Origin: Candidatus Sumerlaeaceae bacterium
GTDB lineage: Bacteria > Sumerlaeota > Sumerlaeia > Sumerlaeales > Sumerlaeaceae
Direction of reading: 5' to 3'
Assembly (NCBI GenBank): GCA_049968255.1
Contig: JBMFRB010000002.1
Location: 384,001-448,000, forward strand
Length of the DNA: 64,000 bases
Part shown: positions 48,149 to 57,565 of the stretch, piece by piece
Numbering within the stretch: the stretch's first letter is position 1
Layout of the letters: every line of letters starts with the position of its first letter
Made by a program: the position numbers and the translations under genes
Notes under the pieces: generated by a model
Database searches by the model: none
What the model saw: the letters and a program-made list of their open reading frames with translations, nothing else
What the model was told of the DNA's origin: nothing

Positions 48149-49632
48149 GGCTGTTTGCTCAATTTCCGCGGGCGGCACTCGTAGTCGGTCTAGTTGGACT
48201 TGGCAGTTACCTGGTTTATGGAGCAACGTGTGTCGGCCTATGGATTGATGAGCTTTACACGCTCCACGCTATTAATCTGCCCTGGCCCGACATGCTTCTC
48301 GATCGGCTGCGACGTGGTCATCCTCCTCTCTATTTTCTGCTGGAAAAGATCGTTTGGGTACTCACGGGCGGAGCTTGGCTCTCTGTGGAATTTCGTCTGC
48401 GGCTACTGTCGCTTGTAAGCTGGGGCGGCGCAGTTGTTGCGTTTTTCAATCTGACCAGGCGCCTGCTCACCCCATCAGGTTCGCTTCTCGCATTAGCAAT
48501 CTTTGCCCTGGGACATATCAGTGCGCCTCAAGCCGCAAATGGACGAATGTATGCCCTCGCCATCTTTTGCTCCGTGATACACATAGCCAGCTTTTTGCGC
48601 ATTGTCCGACGCGATAGCGAGGAGCCTCATCGGTGGTGGCTTATCTTCCTCTTTTCATCCATCATCGGTTTGTGTGTGACACCGTCCTTTGCCTTGCTTA
48701 TTTGCGGTACCACCTCGTCTTTTATTGCTGTTAAACCGTTGCGAAGCCAGGACGCACGCCTTGGAGCGTGTTCGCTTGTTATCGCTGGTCTATTCTACGT
48801 GCCAGCCATTTACCTTTACCTGATCACGCCTCACCAGTTGGGCCCCGTAACAAAACATTGGAGTCGAGTCTATCTCGGCATCCCCGCACTATTAACGGGA
48901 ATTGGACGTGGCAAATTGCCAGACGATCAATGGTGGCAATGGGCCGCGTTGCTTGCCACTATCGGAGTCACTGGTTTTGTGTCTTGGGGTCTCATTTGGA
49001 AGTGGAGGGGGTTGGCCGAATGGAAACGCCGACTTGCTAGCGTTTTTCTCGCCCCGTTTCTGATTTTCTCCCTGTTCTTCGTGCTTTCCCTCTTCCCTCC
49101 TCTTGCATGGTTTCGGATTGGAACCGATCGTTACCTGGCAGTTTTTGCACCAGTGGGGGCATTGCTCGCAGCAGCCGTGTTCGAAGAAGTTTTTCACAGG
49201 CATATGATGAGTATTTTGACTGCCGCTCTGATTTTTGGAATCTTGATAACATTTCCACCAATTCACAAATCAGAAGGACAACAATTTCGTGAAGAAATGC
49301 TCAACCTCCGAAAAGCAAACTTGCAAGGCGTTCCTACCATTTTATGTCCCCCGGAAATTGTTGAGGGGGTAAACTCTTACTGCCCCGGTTTAGCAGTGAT
49401 CGCCACTTTTGGAATCAATGCGCGAGCAAGAGAATCAATTGCCACAGCGGTCAAAGATGCAGTCACAAGCAATTCGGCGCTCATCATTTATTATCGAGGA
49501 CACGTTCCCGAGGTGCTTGAGGCTTTCCGGGCAGGGTTCACATCTCACACTCTGATTTCGAAGCGACATTATGGCTCAAAGCGCGATCCCATTTTTGCCC
49601 TGTTTCTTTTCACCGGGCCAAGGGTCCACTGA
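48145..49632 (+). CDS. GT-C (GT39/GT83-like) membrane glycosyltransferase
   Basis: LWIDE, GHPPLYF, LRLLS, GRMY, DRYL; ATGA overlap with upstream paralog. Confidence 0.85.
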   Translation: MRLFAQFPRAALVVGLVGLGSYLVYGATCVGLWIDELYTLHAINLPWPDMLLDRLRRGHPPLYFLLEKIVWVLTGGAWLSVEFRLRLLSLVSWGGAVVAFFNLTRRLLTPSGSLLALAIFALGHISAPQAANGRMYALAIFCSVIHIASFLRIVRRDSEEPHRWWLIFLFSSIIGLCVTPSFALLICGTTSSFIAVKPLRSQDARLGACSLVIAGLFYVPAIYLYLITPHQLGPVTKHWSRVYLGIPALLTGIGRGKLPDDQWWQWAALLATIGVTGFVSWGLIWKWRGLAEWKRRLASVFLAPFLIFSLFFVLSLFPPLAWFRIGTDRYLAVFAPVGALLAAAVFEEVFHRHMMSILTAALIFGILITFPPIHKSEGQQFREEMLNLRKANLQGVPTILCPPEIVEGVNSYCPGLAVIATFGINARARESIATAVKDAVTSNSALIIYYRGHVPEVLEAFRAGFTSHTLISKRHYGSKRDPIFALFLFTGPRVH

Positions 49633-49743
49633 AGGCCTGGTCACCAGAAATTAGCACTGCCAAAGACGCTATGTTTTCCTATTTCACGCGCCACCAATCT
49701 TCTTGAAGCAGCTTGGCAGCAAAGATAGCAAATAAGGACTGCG

Positions 49744-52035
49744 ATGCAACGGAGCAATTCGCGAGGCAGCTGGAGCGCTTATACTGAAGTCCCAAGGCCC
49801 TTTCGGACTATGCACTCGCGCGCCCGTACGGCTCAATGGTTGATAAACACTCCGGTGAAAATTTTGGTGGGTCTCCTGATCGTAGGGGGCCTTGTTGCTC
49901 GGGCAACAGGCCGAGAGACGACGGGGCCCGCGACACGCATGCAGACCAAATTCAGGTCCGAAAAAGTCACCACCATGACCAGATTGCGCGAAGTCCGGGC
50001 GCAAATTAGTCAACCAAAATTATGGCTATGTGGACACGCAAACTCCTTGGATTTTCCGGGATGCATTCGGCTATCTGTGAGCTGGGATCATGCCCAGCTG
50101 CGTGGCGCTCGCGCGACCAGTGTTCCGCTATATGTGTTCATGGGACATTCTATCGAAGATTATGTGAGACTTTTTCGCGACGGTAAAGAGCCGGCGACTC
50201 TGGAATCGGTCCTTTTTCTGGGGGAAGACGGGACGCCCTTAGACAGTCCAATGACAAACGACCCGTTATTTCTCCCCTCCCCCAAATTCATTGCCGCGTC
50301 TGTGACGCGCGGAGCTGAGCTTTTAGCCCAACATAGCCAAGGGATTGTTTTTCGAATGCCTCATGTGCCCGCTACGACTCACACTTTGGCGCAACTCACG
50401 AACTTTACAGCTGCCCGAAGCAAGTCCACACCAGCCAATTTGGTTATTTATGAGCAATGGCAGCGCACCGAAGCTTATGATGCTTGCCTGCTGGCTGCCG
50501 ATAGATTTGTGCAGGGTCTTCGCGATCTGGCTTCTCACAAAAATTCCAAACGGGCAAACATCTGGTTAGCTACGAGTAGTCTCCCGGTATTAGCTTGTTA
50601 TCAGTGTATTACGCCATTCTTCGGTCTTGACGATGCGACACATCCCGACGGACTCGTTGTTTTCATTCATCCACTGAAAGATGACGTCTTGCAGACACTG
50701 CCGACTGCGCTTCGTCCAAGTTCTTTCGAATGGGTTCTTTGCCAAACATTAGCGGCCCATGCAGCCGCTGAGTTGCTAAATTGTCCTTTAGTCATTGCCC
50801 CCCTTGACGATGGTGGCACTACCCCGCCACTTACGATTGAGGCCATAATTGCGGCACAACTCGTTGGCTCCCGGGCTGAGCTCCTTGCCCTTGGTGCGGC
50901 GACGCTTCCCACAGTCGAGAGCGATGGTAATGATAAACCGCAAATGACGTCGGAAAATCTCCGTGACGACTGGGTTGAGACCTGGAGCGTGTTAGGAAAT
51001 TTTTTCACGTCTCAAAACCAGGAGAGAGTGCGTTGGGATTCTGGAAGCCGAGATGTTGCACTCGGGATTACCGATGGGTTGCTCATAAAAAACAGCGCCG
51101 GTGTATTGGGCGAATTGTTGGCGCTCTGGCTTCCGTGCCTCCACGAAGGGCTTCCGGTCCGCCTGATGAGTTTATCCTCACTTGCCGAACCAAGACTCTC
51201 GCGAAACGTTCGCACTGTCCTTACTTCGTTTAGCTTTCAATGCCCGCGGCGTACCGAGTTGATTGCTCTTGCGGAATGGGTAAAACGAGGCGGTTCACTA
51301 GTCTTGTTTGGCGAAGGAGGCGTCGGTTCGGGTCTTTGGGATTTCCCCAACGATCAATCGCTTCGTTCTGGGGCTCAGAGCACAACTGTTTCGGCCGAAG
51401 CGAGCTTTTTTTCCTATCTTGGATTTCCTCCTGTCATCTCCGACGGCGTGTATCGCGTTGGAGATGGTTGGGTGCTTTTTTCTAGCCGCACGCTTGATAA
51501 GATCATCTCAACGAGTGAGTATTTCCGCGTACCTCAAGCGGTTGCTCAGATAGCTCAAGCGAGTCGCCGCCCGATCAGTTCGCGCCCGGTTTGGGCAGTT
51601 TACCGCGACGATGTCGTTGCGGGGGCTTATATTGGGCGAAACTTAGCTCATGAGTGGACGCTCAAAGGAATGTTCATAGATCTGACAACGTCTAGTTTAC
51701 CGCTCTCGCGAAATCCCTCCTATCGAAAAGGAAACGTTTTTTTGCTCCGTAAAGTTCCGCGGGACGGAGTTAGCAACGTGGAATTTCTTGCGGCAAACGT
51801 GCCGCTTGTTTCGAGAGATTCGTCAGTCGGACGTTGGAACTTTCAGAAGGTCGTGGCTAACAGCAACCGTAATGCAGTCCTGCAAGCAGTATTTTTTGCG
51901 CCACCATTTTCGTACGCGGTCGAGGACGCCGACACTGGCGAAGGATTGAATTTTGAATACGCGCAGCCGGACCACATTCTTCGTGTCTTACTCTGCCCAG
52001 AAACGACAAGTCTTATGATTGGTCCCGTCCCCTAA
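49744..52035 (+). CDS. Large hypothetical protein, probably exported
   Basis: 763-aa ORF with N-terminal hydrophobic segment; LAEWVKRGGSLVLFG resembles class I GATase-like/GH42 trimerisation domains; start uncertain. Confidence 0.6.
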   Translation: MQRSNSRGSWSAYTEVPRPFRTMHSRARTAQWLINTPVKILVGLLIVGGLVARATGRETTGPATRMQTKFRSEKVTTMTRLREVRAQISQPKLWLCGHANSLDFPGCIRLSVSWDHAQLRGARATSVPLYVFMGHSIEDYVRLFRDGKEPATLESVLFLGEDGTPLDSPMTNDPLFLPSPKFIAASVTRGAELLAQHSQGIVFRMPHVPATTHTLAQLTNFTAARSKSTPANLVIYEQWQRTEAYDACLLAADRFVQGLRDLASHKNSKRANIWLATSSLPVLACYQCITPFFGLDDATHPDGLVVFIHPLKDDVLQTLPTALRPSSFEWVLCQTLAAHAAAELLNCPLVIAPLDDGGTTPPLTIEAIIAAQLVGSRAELLALGAATLPTVESDGNDKPQMTSENLRDDWVETWSVLGNFFTSQNQERVRWDSGSRDVALGITDGLLIKNSAGVLGELLALWLPCLHEGLPVRLMSLSSLAEPRLSRNVRTVLTSFSFQCPRRTELIALAEWVKRGGSLVLFGEGGVGSGLWDFPNDQSLRSGAQSTTVSAEASFFSYLGFPPVISDGVYRVGDGWVLFSSRTLDKIISTSEYFRVPQAVAQIAQASRRPISSRPVWAVYRDDVVAGAYIGRNLAHEWTLKGMFIDLTTSSLPLSRNPSYRKGNVFLLRKVPRDGVSNVEFLAANVPLVSRDSSVGRWNFQKVVANSNRNAVLQAVFFAPPFSYAVEDADTGEGLNFEYAQPDHILRVLLCPETTSLMIGPVP

Positions 52036-52126
52036 CCATCAGCAATGCCCCGCGACCTTATTTTGGCTTGCAGCACTTTTTTGAGAGTTCGTAAAACTGG
52101 GTAAATTCCAGACAGGATTGTCCGAA

Positions 52127-53767
52127 ATGACAAGCATCACGAAAAGGTTACTTTTTGGCAATGAGGCAATTGCGCTGGCGGCCCGTAATGCTGGGGTCGC
52201 GCTCGGGACAGGCTACCCTGGGACTCCCTCCACGGAGATATTGGAATACTTCGCGGAGTTCGGCGGCCGTGCTCAGTGGGCACCAAACGAGAAAGTCGCA
52301 CTCGAAGTAGCGCTCGGGGCCTCATTTTGCGGGGCTCGGACGCTCGTGACTATGAAACACGTCGGCCTCAATGTGGCAGCGGATCCGTTTTTCACAGCAG
52401 CCTATACGGGGGTGGATGGCGCCTTAGTTGTTGTTTCTGCCGACGACCCCGGCATGGCTTCCAGTCAAAATGAGCAGGATAATCGCCATTACGCGGTCGC
52501 AGCGGGCGTGCCTATGCTCGAACCATCGAGCTCACAAGAGGCTTACGATTTTTCGGCAGCAGCAATTGACCTGTCCGAGAAATGGCACATTCCCATTTTG
52601 TTGCGAGTCACCACGCGCATTTGTCATTCGAAAACCGTTGTCATGCCAAGATGGCTATTCCCTCCGGCGGATGCCCCAAAGTTCCGCCGCGATATCAAGG
52701 GCCGCGTAATGATTCCGGCTTATGCCCGCCCCGCTCACAAACGTTTGCGCGCGAAGTTGACTGAAATCGCAAGTTGGGCAGAAAACTCGGCGCTAACGCG
52801 TGTAATCGAAGGGTCAAAATCCCTCGGCATTATAACCTCAGGGGTCACTTATTATCATGTTCGCGAAGCCGCCCCTGAGGCGAGTATCCTAAAATTGGGT
52901 ATAACCCACCCCTTACCCATCGAACGAATTCGAAAATTTGCTGAAAGTGTGGATCGATGCGTCGTTGTAGAGGAGGGCGATCCCTTCCTGGCAACCCACA
53001 TCCGTGCTGCGGGCATCAAGGTAGAGAGTAAACCTGAAATGTATCGTTTCGGCGAGCTCAACGTTGAGCGGGTGCGCCGCATTCTCGCCAATGACCTCTC
53101 ACCAGAACCGCAACCGCCTTCGGGGAAACCCCCTGAGCTTTGCAAAGGCTGCCCGTATCGGCCCGTTTACGACACTCTGCACCGCATGAATTGTATTGTG
53201 AGTGGCGACATTGGTTGCTATACTCTGGGAGTTCTGCCTCCTTATGAGGCCATGGACACGTGTGTGTGCATGGGCGCCAGCATTCCCGTCGGCCTCGGTA
53301 TGAGGCATGTTCTCCCGCCCGACCAAGCTCGCCGCGTGGTAAGCGTGATCGGCGATAGCACCTTTATGCACACCGGTATTCCGGGGATTGTCGAGATGGT
53401 CTACAATCCCCCACCGGACGGGCACGTCGTGATTGTTCTCGATAATGGGACCACCGCAATGACTGGTCAGCAGGAGCACCCAGCCACTGGGCGCTCTCTC
53501 GAGCACAGGCCAACGAACAAGGTCTGTATCGAAGAGATTGCACGCGCGATCGGCGTACCGCAGGTTTACGTAATTGACCCTATTCGTGAGCCTGTGCGCT
53601 TTGAGCAAAGGCTCGACGACTGCCTCCAATCGGGCCAGCTCTGCCTGATTGTCGCCCGGCATTACTGCATTCTCGCCGCGCCGAGCATTAAGGAGTATGA
53701 AAAACGTACGCAGCAACCGTTTGACTTTCAATGCGCACCCGGAGGTTCGGAGCACTATGGTGAATGA
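52127..53767 (+). CDS. iorA: Indolepyruvate:ferredoxin oxidoreductase alpha subunit
   Basis: GNEAIA, GYPGTPSTE, MKHVGLNVAAD, SSQNEQD, LCKGCP, GDIGCY, IGDSTF, DNGTTAMTG. Confidence 0.94.
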   Translation: MTSITKRLLFGNEAIALAARNAGVALGTGYPGTPSTEILEYFAEFGGRAQWAPNEKVALEVALGASFCGARTLVTMKHVGLNVAADPFFTAAYTGVDGALVVVSADDPGMASSQNEQDNRHYAVAAGVPMLEPSSSQEAYDFSAAAIDLSEKWHIPILLRVTTRICHSKTVVMPRWLFPPADAPKFRRDIKGRVMIPAYARPAHKRLRAKLTEIASWAENSALTRVIEGSKSLGIITSGVTYYHVREAAPEASILKLGITHPLPIERIRKFAESVDRCVVVEEGDPFLATHIRAAGIKVESKPEMYRFGELNVERVRRILANDLSPEPQPPSGKPPELCKGCPYRPVYDTLHRMNCIVSGDIGCYTLGVLPPYEAMDTCVCMGASIPVGLGMRHVLPPDQARRVVSVIGDSTFMHTGIPGIVEMVYNPPPDGHVVIVLDNGTTAMTGQQEHPATGRSLEHRPTNKVCIEEIARAIGVPQVYVIDPIREPVRFEQRLDDCLQSGQLCLIVARHYCILAAPSIKEYEKRTQQPFDFQCAPGGSEHYGE

Positions 53768-54257
53768 CATCATCAACATTCTCATTGCCGGACTTGGAGG
53801 ACAAGGCATTATTAAAGCTTCAGACATTCTGGCAGACGCGGCGTTTCGGAGTGGTTTCGACGTCAAAAAGAGCGAGATCCATGGGATGAGTCAGCGGGGA
53901 GGAGCTGTCAGCAGTGACGTTCGTTTCGGGCCAAAAGTGCTGAGCCCCATGATTCCACGCGGCGAAGCCCATTTCCTGGTGCTCTACGAGCCAAGCCAAC
54001 GCGAGGTCTTTTGGGAGTATCTCAGTCCGCAAGGAAAGCTCATCTCGCCGGATATCATTCCCCCTGATGCCCTGCCTCACCCAAAAATCTTGAACATAGC
54101 ATTGCTTGGTGTTCTGAGCGTATTTCTTCCTGTTCCGGAGGAGAAATGGAAAGCAGCGATTGAAGCTAATCTTCCCCCAAAAGTTCTTGAGGCGAATCTG
54201 CGAGCATTTCAAATTGGGCGGGAGATTGCCTTGAGCACCGCAGAAAAAGCGATATAG
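53757..54257 (+). CDS. iorB: Indolepyruvate:ferredoxin oxidoreductase beta subunit
   Basis: GLGGQG, SEIHGMSQRGG.V, NLRAF..G. Confidence 0.92.
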   Translation: MVNDIINILIAGLGGQGIIKASDILADAAFRSGFDVKKSEIHGMSQRGGAVSSDVRFGPKVLSPMIPRGEAHFLVLYEPSQREVFWEYLSPQGKLISPDIIPPDALPHPKILNIALLGVLSVFLPVPEEKWKAAIEANLPPKVLEANLRAFQIGREIALSTAEKAI

Positions 54258-54279
54258 CAAACCCTAGGGGAAAAACGAA

Positions 54280-55632
54280 ATGATGGGGAGTAACGCGCCT
54301 TCGGTAAAAGGGCAGCGGTCGGTCATCTTTAATCCAGCCAGTGCGCTCGACTTCCTGCCGGAAAGAAAGTTACGCGAGCTGCAGTTATCGCGTTTGCAGG
54401 CCATTGTGGCTCGCGCCTATGAGAGAGTGCCGCTTTACCGCGAAAGAATGCGAAAAAGCGGTGTTCAGCCGGAAGACGTTCGTTCTTTGGCCGACGTCAA
54501 GCAGTTGCCATTCACAGAAAAAAGCGACCTTCGCGACACCTACCCCTTTGGTCTTTTTGCTAGTCCCATGCGCGAGATTGTCCGCCTACACGCTTCCAGC
54601 GGCACAACGGGTAAACCTATTGTGGTGGCTTACAATCAGGAAGATGTCCGCATTTGGGCAAGCGTCATGGTGCGCAGCTTTGCCGCATGTGGCGTGGATG
54701 CGGGTGACATTGTGCAAAACGCTTACGGATACGGTCTTTTCACGGGAGGATTAGGCGCGCATTATGGTGCTGAGGCGCTTGGGGCAACCGTGATTCCAAT
54801 TTCAGGTGGGAACACCGACCGACAGATCATGGTGATGAAAGACTTTGGTGTGACGGTGATTTGCTGCACGCCAAGTTATTTTTTGCACATCATGGAACGC
54901 GCGGGCGAGCTAGGGGTGGATCTCAAGAACCTGCCCCTGCGCGTCGGAGTGTTCGGCGCGGAGCCGTGGACTGAACAAATGCGCAAACACATCCAAGAGC
55001 ACAGTGGCATCCGGGCCTATGATATTTACGGACTTTCTGAAATCATTGGCCCCGGAGTGGGTGTCGAGTGCGAAGAACAGGCAGGACTGCATATCTTTGA
55101 GGACCATTTTCTTCTCGAAATTGTGGATCCTCAGACAGGGGATGTGCTGCCGGATGGGGAAGAAGGGGAACTTGTTCTGACAACGCTCAGCAAGCAGGCG
55201 ATGCCAATGATTCGCTACCGAACGCACGACATCACAGCCATCGTGCCCGAACCGTGCGCATGTGGGCGAACGATTAGGCGGATTCGACGCATTGGGCGCC
55301 GCAGCGATGACATGTTCATTATCAGAGGAGTGAACGTCTATCCGTCGCAGGTTGAGGCGGCTCTTTTGCAAGTCGAGGGAACTCTCCCCCATTATCAAAT
55401 CGTGCTGACACGCGAACATGGCCTGGATCAGATGGAGGTTCAGGTAGAAGTCACGCCCGAGGTGTTTAGTGACAAAGTAGGCGCACTCGAAGCCTTACAC
55501 AAGAATCTATCCTCCGCTATTGAGCATACAATCGGTCTTCATGTGAAGGTACGTTTGGTTGAGCCGCACAGCATTAAACGTAGTGAAGGCAAAGCAAAAC
55601 GCGTTATCGATCAACGAAATCTCACACAGTAA
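54280..55632 (+). CDS. paaK: Phenylacetate-CoA ligase family protein (copy 1)
   Basis: [46 protein letters not shown]. Confidence 0.93.
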   Translation: MMGSNAPSVKGQRSVIFNPASALDFLPERKLRELQLSRLQAIVARAYERVPLYRERMRKSGVQPEDVRSLADVKQLPFTEKSDLRDTYPFGLFASPMREIVRLHASSGTTGKPIVVAYNQEDVRIWASVMVRSFAACGVDAGDIVQNAYGYGLFTGGLGAHYGAEALGATVIPISGGNTDRQIMVMKDFGVTVICCTPSYFLHIMERAGELGVDLKNLPLRVGVFGAEPWTEQMRKHIQEHSGIRAYDIYGLSEIIGPGVGVECEEQAGLHIFEDHFLLEIVDPQTGDVLPDGEEGELVLTTLSKQAMPMIRYRTHDITAIVPEPCACGRTIRRIRRIGRRSDDMFIIRGVNVYPSQVEAALLQVEGTLPHYQIVLTREHGLDQMEVQVEVTPEVFSDKVGALEALHKNLSSAIEHTIGLHVKVRLVEPHSIKRSEGKAKRVIDQRNLTQ

Positions 55633-55666
55633 GCTTCGTCACGTGAGGAGCGGAGAGGTTTGAGCT

Positions 55667-56107
55667 ATGAAAACGAAACAAGTCTCAGTGTTTTTGGAGA
55701 ATCGTCCTGGCCAGCTAAGTATTCCGTGTAGAGCGCTTGCCCAAGCCGGAATCAATATTCTCACGCTATCATTGGCCGATACTCAACAGTTCGGCATTTT
55801 GCGTCTGATTGTCAAAGATTGGGAGAGAGCTGTTCAGGTTCTCAAAGACGCGAGGTGCGTTGTCAATGTGACCGACGTGATAGCCATTGAGGTTCCTGAC
55901 CGCCCAGGTGGAATGGCAACGATTCTCGAGGTCATCGAGCGCGCTCAGCTCAACATTGAATATATGTACGCCTTTACGTTTCGCCGTGGCGACAAAGCGG
56001 TGGTAGTTTTTCGCTTCGATGAGCCGGACAAAGCGATCGAAGTGCTGCAAAGCAATGGCATCAACGTGGTGGGCAGTGTAGAACTCTACGACATGTCGGA
56101 CAACTAG
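55667..56107 (+). CDS. Tandem ACT-domain protein
   Basis: QVSVFLENRPG, INI..LSLADT..FGILR, VPDRPGG, NIEYMYAF. Confidence 0.92.
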   Translation: MKTKQVSVFLENRPGQLSIPCRALAQAGINILTLSLADTQQFGILRLIVKDWERAVQVLKDARCVVNVTDVIAIEVPDRPGGMATILEVIERAQLNIEYMYAFTFRRGDKAVVVFRFDEPDKAIEVLQSNGINVVGSVELYDMSDN

Positions 56108-56121
56108 AGGGGAGCCGGGCC

Positions 56122-56184
56122 ATGAAAAAGGATTTACCCTGGTGGTGCAAATCAGATCTTCATACGCGTCCGAGCAGGAGCTGA
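56122..56184 (+). CDS. Putative Trp-Trp leader peptide MKKDLPWWCKSDLHTRPSRS
   Basis: SD-like GAGGGGAG 7 nt before the ATG; tandem TGG codons; last codons overlap the AGGAG RBS of paaK copy 2. Confidence 0.4.
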   Translation: MKKDLPWWCKSDLHTRPSRS

Positions 56185-56187
56185 ACG

Positions 56188-57516
56188 ATGCCGGCCACCA
56201 CCTTGGACAATTTTGTGTGGGATACGGCGGAGCTTCTAAGCCGCGATGAATTGCAGGCACTTCAGCTCAAGCGTTTGCGCGAGTGCGTGGAGCGGGTGAG
56301 TAATGTCCCGTTTTACAAGAAAGCTTTCGCCACTGCGGGGATCAACGCCGACAAGATCCGCTCCCTGGATGATATTAGACGCCTCCCTTTTACGACCAAA
56401 AACGATCTTCGCGAGAACTATCCTTTCGGCTTTCTCGCCGTTGAGCGCGACGAAATTGCACGCATTCACGGATCGTCAGGAACAACGGGAAAACCGACTA
56501 TTGTGGCTTATACTCGGCACGATCTTGACACATGGGCAAATCTCTGTGCGCGTTTCCTCGTGGCAGGGGGAGTACGGCCACGCCATCTCGTGCATGTGGC
56601 ATTCGGATATGGGCTCTTCACTGGCGGTTTCGGCCTCCACGCAGGCATCGAAAAAGTAGGAGCAGCAGTTATCCCCGCTGCAAGCGGGAACACGCCGCGT
56701 CACGTTATGCTTCTCCGCGATCTCGAACCCGACGTCCTGGTTTGCACGCCTTCGTATGCGCTGAATATCGCAGAGGTTGCTGAGCAGAAAGGAATAGATC
56801 CGCGATCTTTTAAGCTTTCGATTGGGCATTTCGGGGCTGAGCCATGGACTGAGGACATGCGTCGCGAGATCGAGACGCGGCTTGGCCTCCTTGCTTTTGA
56901 TAATTATGGGCTCAGCGAGGTCATTGGTCCAGGGGTGAGCGGGGAGTGCATTTTTCGCCATGGCATGCATATTCAGGAAGATCATTTTCTTGTGGAGTGT
57001 CTGGACCCGGACACGCTTGAGCCGGTTGAGGATGGTGAACGGGGAGAACTTGTCTTCACAACCCTCACAAAACAAGCCATGCCGCTTATCCGTTATCGCA
57101 CACGCGATATGGCCTCGTTGAACCACGCACCATGCCCTTGCGGACGAATCGGGGTTCGCATGAGCCGAGTTGTGGGAAGGTCTGACGACATGCTTATTAT
57201 TCGTGGCGTGAACGTATTCCCCTCGCAAATTGAAGAAGCGCTACTTCGTGTCGAAGGAACAGCTCCGCAGTATGTCATCGAAATTGATCGTCCGGGGGCG
57301 CTGGACGAGGCGATTGTGCGTGTCGAAATTCGTCCGCAGGATTTCTCTGATAAGATGAGCCAGATGCAGGCTCTGCGCCAACGGATCGAACATGAAATTG
57401 CGTGCATCACTGGTGTTCGCATGCACGTCGAGCTAGTGGACCCAATGACACTTGAACGGTCGGTCGGCAAAGCCAGACGGGTCATAGATCACAGAAAAGC
57501 GGAGCTAGACCCTTGA
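56188..57516 (+). CDS. paaK: Phenylacetate-CoA ligase family protein (copy 2)
   Basis: [46 protein letters not shown]. Confidence 0.93.
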   Translation: MPATTLDNFVWDTAELLSRDELQALQLKRLRECVERVSNVPFYKKAFATAGINADKIRSLDDIRRLPFTTKNDLRENYPFGFLAVERDEIARIHGSSGTTGKPTIVAYTRHDLDTWANLCARFLVAGGVRPRHLVHVAFGYGLFTGGFGLHAGIEKVGAAVIPAASGNTPRHVMLLRDLEPDVLVCTPSYALNIAEVAEQKGIDPRSFKLSIGHFGAEPWTEDMRREIETRLGLLAFDNYGLSEVIGPGVSGECIFRHGMHIQEDHFLVECLDPDTLEPVEDGERGELVFTTLTKQAMPLIRYRTRDMASLNHAPCPCGRIGVRMSRVVGRSDDMLIIRGVNVFPSQIEEALLRVEGTAPQYVIEIDRPGALDEAIVRVEIRPQDFSDKMSQMQALRQRIEHEIACITGVRMHVELVDPMTLERSVGKARRVIDHRKAELDP

Positions 57517-57565
57517 GTGGCGTGCAAAGCCCGATCTTGAACTCTGAAGCGGCCCGAAAAAGCAC

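Noticed and set aside
41226-52035. Glycosylation cluster as a genomic island integrated at tRNA-Arg
   Set aside because: The cluster lies at the tRNA 5' side, and I saw no integrase or duplicated tRNA 3' end.
52045-52104. Short ORF MPRDLILACSTFLRVRKTG upstream of iorA
   Set aside because: No SD and no aromatic codon cluster; probably chance.
53099-53866. Long antisense ORFs here and at 20992-21720, 27789-28481, 56476-57228 and 61278-62162
   Set aside because: All lie opposite well-supported genes and lack protein-like features.
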